From: the human T2T-CHM13v2.0 reference genome, Homo sapiens | Direction: 5' to 3' (one strand) | DNA: 64,000 nt | Assembly: GCF_009914755.1 (NCBI RefSeq) | Contig: NC_060928.1 | Shown here: positions 56,601-64,000 of the stretch, piece by piece | How the letters are laid out: each line of letters starts with the position of its first letter | Position numbering within the stretch: the stretch's first letter is position 1 | Position numbers and translations under genes: made by a program | The notes under the pieces: generated by a model | Told to the model about the DNA's origin: nothing | The model's input: the letters and a program-made list of their open reading frames with translations, nothing else | Databases searched by the model: none

Positions 56601-57410
56601 TACAGTTTGCTCAGGGCTGTGTTAATGATCTGCCCTCTGACACAAAACAGTGCCCAAAGATGTGGACCACCTGAATAACCCCAGAGTATCACATTGATCA
56701 GTTATATTGATGACATCATGCCAATTGAGCAGAACAATCAAGAGATGGCTAACACACTGGAGAACCTGGCAAGACCTGTGTGCTTCATGAATTGAATGTT
56801 AAGACCTATGATGATTCAGGGGCATGCCACTTTAGTAAAAGTCCAAGGGTGCAATAGTCAGAGGCCTGGCTGGATATATCTTCCAAAATAAGAGGCACAT
56901 TATTGCATCTTATATCCCCTACAGAAAGAAGGAAGCACTGTCTCATTGGCCTCTTTGAATCCCAAAATATCATATTCCACACCTAAGAATACTGCTCCAG
57001 CCCATATACCAGGTGATATGGGAATTTCCACCTTTTAGCTGGTCTAGGAGCAGTGCAGGACTCTTCAGTTGCTCAAAGAGGCACTGCAAGCCATCCTGTT
57101 ACTTGGACCAAACAATTGAGCAGACTCTTACTGTGTGCAGATTTCGTTAGTGGAAAAGGACACAGTATGGAGCTTATGATGAACAGCAGTGAGAGGACCA
57201 CAATGCAGATCCCTGGAAATCTGGAGCAAGACCATGCTATCCATTCAAGGAAATGATATGCCTTGTAAGAAACAGGCATGCAATGGATCCTTACTAGAGA
57301 TGAATGTATGAAAACAGGCAAGCTTTCCCTCCCAAGTCATATATGGTCAGAGGGTCCCAGCAGTTCATCATAAAATGGAAATGCTATATCCATGATTGAA
57401 TCCAAGCCAT
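53608..57410 (+). pseudogene. Decayed ERVL internal region (gag-pro-pol remnant)
   Basis: Conceptual translation across frameshifts gives KWKPIKLP (~56240), AEISTTFNNLKNSRSMIPMLSPFNLLLGPLEK...ILDYCRLNQ (~56330-56480) and QSITLISYIDDIM (YIDD at 56703-56714). These parallel HERV-L/MuERV-L pol (KWKPLELP, AEISATIKDLK, SPFNSP, DYRKLNQ, YIDD). Confidence 0.85.
54383..54927 (+). mobile_element. Solo LTR (LTR47/MER72-like) nested in the ERVL internal region
   Basis: TG...CA termini (tgtagggtaaatgcccctga...gcacaaca), internal gaatgaccttgtatggcagacgcacctgaatgtgtgt, and 5-bp TSD atcac/atctc. Confidence 0.85.
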
Positions 57411-57902
57411 ATTTAATATTAGATTTTGATTGAGGTTAAAAGTTACCTTTCTAATTTTCTCCTATAGGCAACAAATAACATTACACGATTTTTCTTTTTG
57501 ATAAAGATCAGCTTATTATCCTTTAGGAGCAAGTGTAAAATGCAACCAAATCAATTAATCTTAGCAAACCTTAAAAACAACTAATAAGGTATTCACATGG
57601 TACAAAAGAATGTTATTCTAGCATCAAGAGTTTAAAGTAAGAAATTTCCTCTAAATTTTGAAAATGATATTTTCATGTTTTTAGTTAACTTTTAATCTTA
57701 TTTTAATATTCTAGAAGTATGCTTATTGATAAATTATTTATGTAAATATTAATGCTTAAACATTTTAATATTTAAAATATTAAATAATTTATCTTTAAGT
57801 ATGCTTAAGATAAATTATTTTTACAAATTATAAATTATAATATGTAGGGCTTTTTTGTAGTATGCATTGACAAAATATGCTAGAAAAATATTGTCAAAAC
57901 TT

Positions 57903-58343
57903 GTATGTTTATTGCAGCACTATTCACAATAGCAAAGACATGGAACCAACCTAAGTTTCTATCAACAGTTGATTGGATAAAGAAAATATGGTATATACAC
58001 ATTATGAAATATTCAGTCATAAAAAAGAATGAAATCATGTCCTTTGCAGCAACATAGATGGAGCTGAAGGCCATTATCCTAACTGAATTAACTCAGAAAT
58101 AGAAAAATCAAATAGCACATGTTCTCACTTATAAGTGGGAGCTAAACAATACGTACCTATGGGCATAAAGAGAGAAATAATAGACATTGGAGACTCCAAA
58201 AGGGGGCGAGAGTTGAAAAATTACTTCTTGGGTAAAGTGTTCAATATTTGGGTGCTGGTTCACAAGAAGCCCGATCCTTGCCATTATGCAGTATAGCCAT
58301 ATCACAAACATTCACATGTACCCCTCGAATTAAAAAAAAAAAA
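57903..58343 (+). mobile_element. 5'-truncated L1PB 3' end
   Basis: atgtttattgcagcactattcacaatagcaaagacatggaacc...cacatgtaccc followed by an A-tail; degenerate TSD aaaatattgtcaaaactt / aaagtatttgtcaacactt. Confidence 0.9.
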
Positions 58344-59065
58344 CTGCCAAAGTATTTGTCAACACTTACAACACATACTATAATACTAGTATATATAATT
58401 CTTACCACATTGTTTTAAATGGACAGATTTGCAAATTTGGTAATTTACACCATCTCACAATAGCTCTATTATGTACTTTTTTAAAGAGAAATAATTCTCC
58501 AAGAGTAAAGTAATGTAAACATTCATTTCTTACAACAATATACAATAAAATATTATGCAACTATCTCAAAACATGTTTTCAAATAAATGGCAGGAATAAC
58601 TCTCATGAAACAATCTCAAATTAGAATAACCTAAATTTACAATGTAATACAATTATATTTTGTTCAAATGCCTCTCTTTTCCATATATTCTACAGTGAGT
58701 ATAATTTTTTAATGTGAAAAATTCATATACTAGAAATACATGTATTATGTATAAATATATATTATAGATAAATATAAGATGAATAAATTTATTCAAAGCT
58801 ACTATAGAATTATTCATATGTCATAAGGTTTTATTCCCTATTTAGAACCTGATAAGACAGAAAATGACATGTCTTTCTTCATTGTAGTTGTATCAATTAT
58901 CCATTTTGTTCAAGTGGTCTTCATATAATAATATAAAATATATACGGTAATAATGATGCTATATATATTTACTCAAACAGAAACCTTGTGCCAAGAACAC
59001 ACAAAGCATCGTGATCACATTAAAGACAGCACTGAGAAACTGAGAACCCATTAGTAAAAATATAG

Positions 59066-59378
<313 letters not shown>

Positions 59379-59599
59379 GTAAAAATGTTGACTTTCTGAA
59401 AATTCCTGTTCAAACACAAAACGCCATAAATGGAGCCAATGTCCAGAGAATGAAATGTTATATGTAATTCATTTTTCTCACATATAAGACTATATATATA
59501 TATATAAAATATATAAAACATATATATATATATCTTGCAGATCTCTGCTTAAAATGTTCAGTACTTTTGACTTTTATACTTATGTAATACAATTGTAAT

Positions 59600-60925
59600 G
59601 ACTTTTATTACCCTTGTCTATTAATTCTAATATCTTTGTCAGTTTTATATTATTTTGGAGTGATTAATTTTTCTCCTTAGCATAGTTCATATTTTCCTAC
59701 TTTTTTGCATGCCCAGTAATTTTGTTGGATGCCAGACATTGTAAATTTTACCTTGTTTGGTGCTAAATAGTTTTTATTTTCCAGTAAATATTCTTGAGTT
59801 GTATTCTGGGACACAGTTAGCTTACTTGGAACAGTTTGATTCTTTCTGGTATTTCCTTTAAAATTAGTTTGATGGAACTACAGCAGCATTTACTCTAAGG
59901 CTAATTATTTCCCTTTAATGAGGTGTTATGAGTTTGTGTCCCCCTCAAAAAGATTTATTGGAAGTTCTAACACCTAGTACCTCCTAACGTGACCTTATTT
60001 GGAAGTAGTGTATTTGCATATTTAACCATGTTAAGATGAAGTCATTAGAGTGGGCCCTAAGCCAGCCTGACTGGTGTCCTTATGAAAAGGGGAAGTGTGG
60101 ACATAGACATACAAAGGGCTAAGGTGGCCATGTGAAGATGGACGTAGAGATAGGAGTTATGCTGCCACAAGCCAAGGAACGCCTGAGACCACCAGAAGTT
60201 ATGAAAGAGATATGGAATAGATTCTCCCTCATAACCCTCAAAAGGTTGTCAACACATTCATTCTAGACTTCTGACCTCCAGAACTGTAAAACAATAAATT
60301 TCTGTTGTTTAAGCCACCCAGTTTGTGGCACTTTGTTACTGCAGGCCTAGGAAGCTACACGTGAAGCAAGGCTTTCTGAGCATTCTACCCAATGCCCTGT
60401 GAACAGTTAGTTTTTTTCAGTCTGACTATGGCAATGGGCCATATCCTTAGCTGTCTGTGAGGTCTGACTACTGTTGCCTCAAATCCTTTGAGGTGGTTCT
60501 TTCCATAGCCTTGAGTAGTTTCCTCTCATGCATGCCAAATATTTAGATCAGTATTTGCAAATTGGCAGATCAGTATTCTGCCAAATATTCCAGAGTTCTC
60601 TTTGCAGACCTCAAAGTTTTCTCTGTGTAGTTCTTTTCTCTGAGGTACTTTGTTCTGCAAACCGTAGCAATCTTGGTCTCCCACTAAGTCTCACATCTGC
60701 ATCCTTAACTGATAGAGTCCACTGTTCTCCATCTGGTTCCCCTCAGTACTACAGCCTGGTAAATCTCTCAAGACTGAAAGCTCAAGGTGAGTAATTGTAG
60801 GGCTCACCCCATCATCTCTCAATGATTACTGTCTTTCCTTCCCTCATGTCCAGTTTCTTGAAAACTACTGTTTTATATATTTGGTCTAGTTTTCTTCGTT
60901 GTTTCAGCTGTGAGGGTAAATCTCA
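59600..60925 (-). mobile_element. Old L1M 5' region fragment, split by an MLT1 LTR
   Basis: ttggatgccagacattgtaaattttaccttg...ttgtattctgggacacagttagcttacttggaacagtttgat...ctaaggctaattattt; continues after the LTR with cattctacccaatgccctgtgaa. Confidence 0.7.
59924..60361 (+). mobile_element. MLT1C-like MaLR solo LTR
   Basis: tgttatgagtttgtgtcccc...gtgaccttatttggaa...gccacaagccaaggaacgcc...aataaatttctgttgtttaagccacccagtttgtgg; 5-bp TSD tgagg/tgaag. Confidence 0.9.
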
Positions 60926-61019
60926 CATATGTAGTATTTGTTTTTATTACTGGCATATTTTTATAAGTTTTCTGCAGTAATTTCCCACACAGTGTACAGA
61001 ATGAAATCGTAAACATATA

Positions 61020-61750
61020 CTTCAGTACACATCACTGCTTTACTTTAGTAGAGTACAAATAAAATCCAAAATCTATCTTATGTATATAAATTATCTTTCA
61101 TGGTCCGGTCTATGCCTATTTATATTTGACTGTATTTCTTCTTCAGTGGCTATGCATCAGCTCACTGGTCTTTCATTTCCTCACATGCACAAGGATGTTT
61201 ATCTTTGGAGCATATATGCTTGCAATTCTCTAGGCCTGGAATGCTTCTCCTAGATTTTCCCATGTGTACCTGCCTTTCATTTCACAGGTCTTAGCCCAAA
61301 TATCTACTCAGAAAAGCTTTCCCTGAGCTTGTCTAACCTAGCATAACTACCTAGCGTCTCTATTACGCTGTTTTGTTTTTTATATAGGTTGGGCATCCCA
61401 AATCTGAGAATGTGAAATGTCAAATGCTCCAGAATCTGAAACTTTTTGGGCATTGACTTGATGCCCATTGGAGGAAATGCTCATTAGAGTATTTCTGATT
61501 TCAGATTTTTGGATTTGTAAACATAAGTGCACATATTCCAAATCCAAAAAAATCCAAAATATGAAACACTTATGATCCCAAGCATTTTCGATAAGAGATA
61601 TTCAGCCTGTACCATGTTTCACCATCTGTAGTATTATATTTAGTTAGCTTCCCATGTTCCCTTAAAATATAATTTCACTTTCTTATTTGTAGCTATTTCT
61701 CCAGGGTATAGATCAGTGTCTGTTGCATAGTAGTGCTCATTAAATTCTTT
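61020..61750 (+). mobile_element. L2 3' fragment hosting a Tigger4a
   Basis: aataaaatccaaa...ggcctggaatgcttctcc...caggtcttagcccaaatatc...gcatagtagtgctcattaaat. Confidence 0.6.
61385..61609 (+). mobile_element. Tigger4a (MER46/Zombi_A) MITE
   Basis: TIRs aggttgggcatccc / gagatattcagcctg flanked by TA; internal aaatgctcattagagtatttctgatttcagatttt. Confidence 0.88.
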
Positions 61751-63509
61751 TGGACACTGGGTAAAATATTTTTAAAAAAATAATGTATGCAGCTAAAATA
61801 TAAAATAATGCATTCATCTTCCATTCCCCTGAGTTATTAATAAGTTAATGATGTTTTGCTTTATCCATATTTGTAATTTAGAAAGGTAACCTTCACACTT
61901 AGGAGCGTTTGATATTGCACACCCTTACACAAAGTGATATGTTGTTACTGTTAAAATAGTTAAGTTTATGTTATCTGCTTATATGTCAGTGGGAAAAAAT
62001 AAGTTAGCATCCATGTTCTATAAGAACTAAAAATAAAGTTCTCTTTTGCCCTATCTTAAATTGTGTGTCTGGCATTAAATGAAAGAATGGAATATTCAGA
62101 AACTTCAGATTTATATAATAGTATTTACTATTCCCATTATCAATCATTTCTATAACTAAAGTTTCTAGTAGTTCTCTAATAGCAAACCAATCTTCAAATG
62201 TGACATTTAAGGAAATATAGTTATATGCTTTAGCTGCAGCTCTAAAAATTATAATTATTGAAAAACCTCAAGCAATTTATTAAATGAAATCATTAGCATT
62301 ATATAACTATAGCTACACAATATCAGTCTTAGAAAAACATTATTCTCATATAAATAATATAAATAATATAAATATGACACAAGAAAATAAGGAAGAACCG
62401 TGTATGTAAAACACATGTAAAAACGTGCTTCTAGACGAAAATTTCAGTTGAAAGAATCTTTTAATATAGAATAATGGTGTTTGTAGTGGTAGAAGGAAAA
62501 GGTGCTATATCTCTTTATGCAAATCACATTTCACAATGTGGACAGGCACCAATAAAATAAGTTTTGTTTAAACTCCTAGTATAAAGTAATGCTAATGGGT
62601 CATTTTTAAAAACATATGATAATTTCTGACACTACACACTCCAAAAAGCTTTTCATTACAACCACCCAGGGTCTTCTTTGTCCTCAGGCTTTGCCCAGCA
62701 TCTGAATTGAATGTACGGTGCATAACTTCTATATGTTGAATTTTGCATGTATCATGGTTAGCAATAAGTAGATCTATATCCACTGATAATTTCACTGTAT
62801 ATCTTCACATTTGATTGTTTTCTCAGGAAATAATTTACTTTTTCACAGGAGATGGAAATATTTCTTGTAGACAGATAATAATATTCATAGTTGATAAATA
62901 TTGCAACTGGAGTTTTAGAAAGGAACAGTCCAGGTGGAAACTTATTAGATGTATGAACATGCATGAATAAAAAGGCATTATATATTTTTTATACATACAC
63001 ACACGTATATATGCAGTATCAATATTTATGCGTTTATCTCACAATATGGGTTTAAATAAATTCTATGATTAATTATGTTCAAAACATAATTATCATTCTT
63101 CATTTTCCAACTGCTGCTTATTCCTGTCTAGAATCAATTAATGGCAATTCAAAAACATGTTTAAACATTAAAAAAAATTCTGTTTATAAACATAGTGCCA
63201 AGTAAGTACCTTTCTGTGTTAACTTTTACCCAAATATTCAGCTGTTACTAAACTCAATTTAAGGGACTGGGTCTCTAATATAATCAATTGGCATAAAGAA
63301 TGCCATCTTTCCATGCTCAAGTTTTGCAGTTATTGAGAAATAAGTCCAGAGTAAGGCAAACGGCAGTCCAAATTATCACAATTACAGGTTAAGTTGATCT
63401 TTGTGAAAGAGTCTAATTGCTGTGGGCAAGTGTGTTTCTTAATAGTGACTGCTGAATTAAATATGCTTACTCATATAAGTAAGTGGCTTGAAAACCACTG
63501 CCTTCCCTG

Positions 63510-63890
63510 ACTAAATGATCAGGAACAATGAAAAATATTTTCTATGTGGGCAGGCCCATTCCCAAGAAGGACAAAGAGGAAGGAGCTATGCTACATAAAG
63601 GTTTGAGCTGATGAACAGCCTAAGACACAGGACAACCCTCTCCGCTTAGGGACACAGGAACACTTCATCTCTGACTCTTCCGTATCCTAGGATACTTCCT
63701 TATCCTCATGGTCAAAGATGGCTTATCAACACCACATTTTCATTTTAACTTACTGGAATGAGAAATGAAGGGCAAGCAGGTTCCTTTGGATGATATGATT
63801 CAGAATTTACATACATCATTTTATTAACCTCTTTTTGTTACAGTTTATTCACATGGCCACAAAGAGCCATAAAGGAGGCTGGGTGGGCTT
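63510..63890 (-). mobile_element. Ancient MLT1 (J/K-like) LTR fragment
   Basis: atcctcatggtcaaagatggct...cagaatttacatacatcatttt...cacatggccaca...aaggaggctgg. Confidence 0.45.
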
Positions 63891-64000
63891 TCCAATTTAT
63901 TTTATGAGAATTAAGGAATAGAATTTAGTTCTATGTTAATATATACCTCATAATTTAGATTAGCCACTATTCTATCATTATATATATATGTGTATATATA

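Overview
This window is primate (human-like) AT-rich genomic DNA. Roughly half of it is recognisable as interspersed repeats: about 17 Alu elements or fragments; several L1s, including a near-full-length but decayed L1PB at ~29.0-36.9 kb; MaLR and ERVL LTRs; two ERVL provirus remnants, one with gag-pol and a YIDD reverse-transcriptase motif at ~52.6-57.4 kb; Tigger/MER5 DNA transposons; and MIR/L2. I found no credible protein-coding exon, RNA gene, CpG-island promoter or CRISPR-like array. The listed ORFs are short and either repeat-derived or unsupported. I did not find a previously undescribed biological system and cannot name the locus. The best-supported observations are retrotransposition and rearrangement scars: two twin-priming L1 inversions, an L1/Alu/MST deletion junction, a ~375-bp L1 ORF2 tandem duplication, a fold-back inverted duplication and nested LTRs. 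There are also a few candidate cis-regulatory motifs. Repeat subfamily names come from recall of consensus sequences and need confirmation with RepeatMasker/Dfam.
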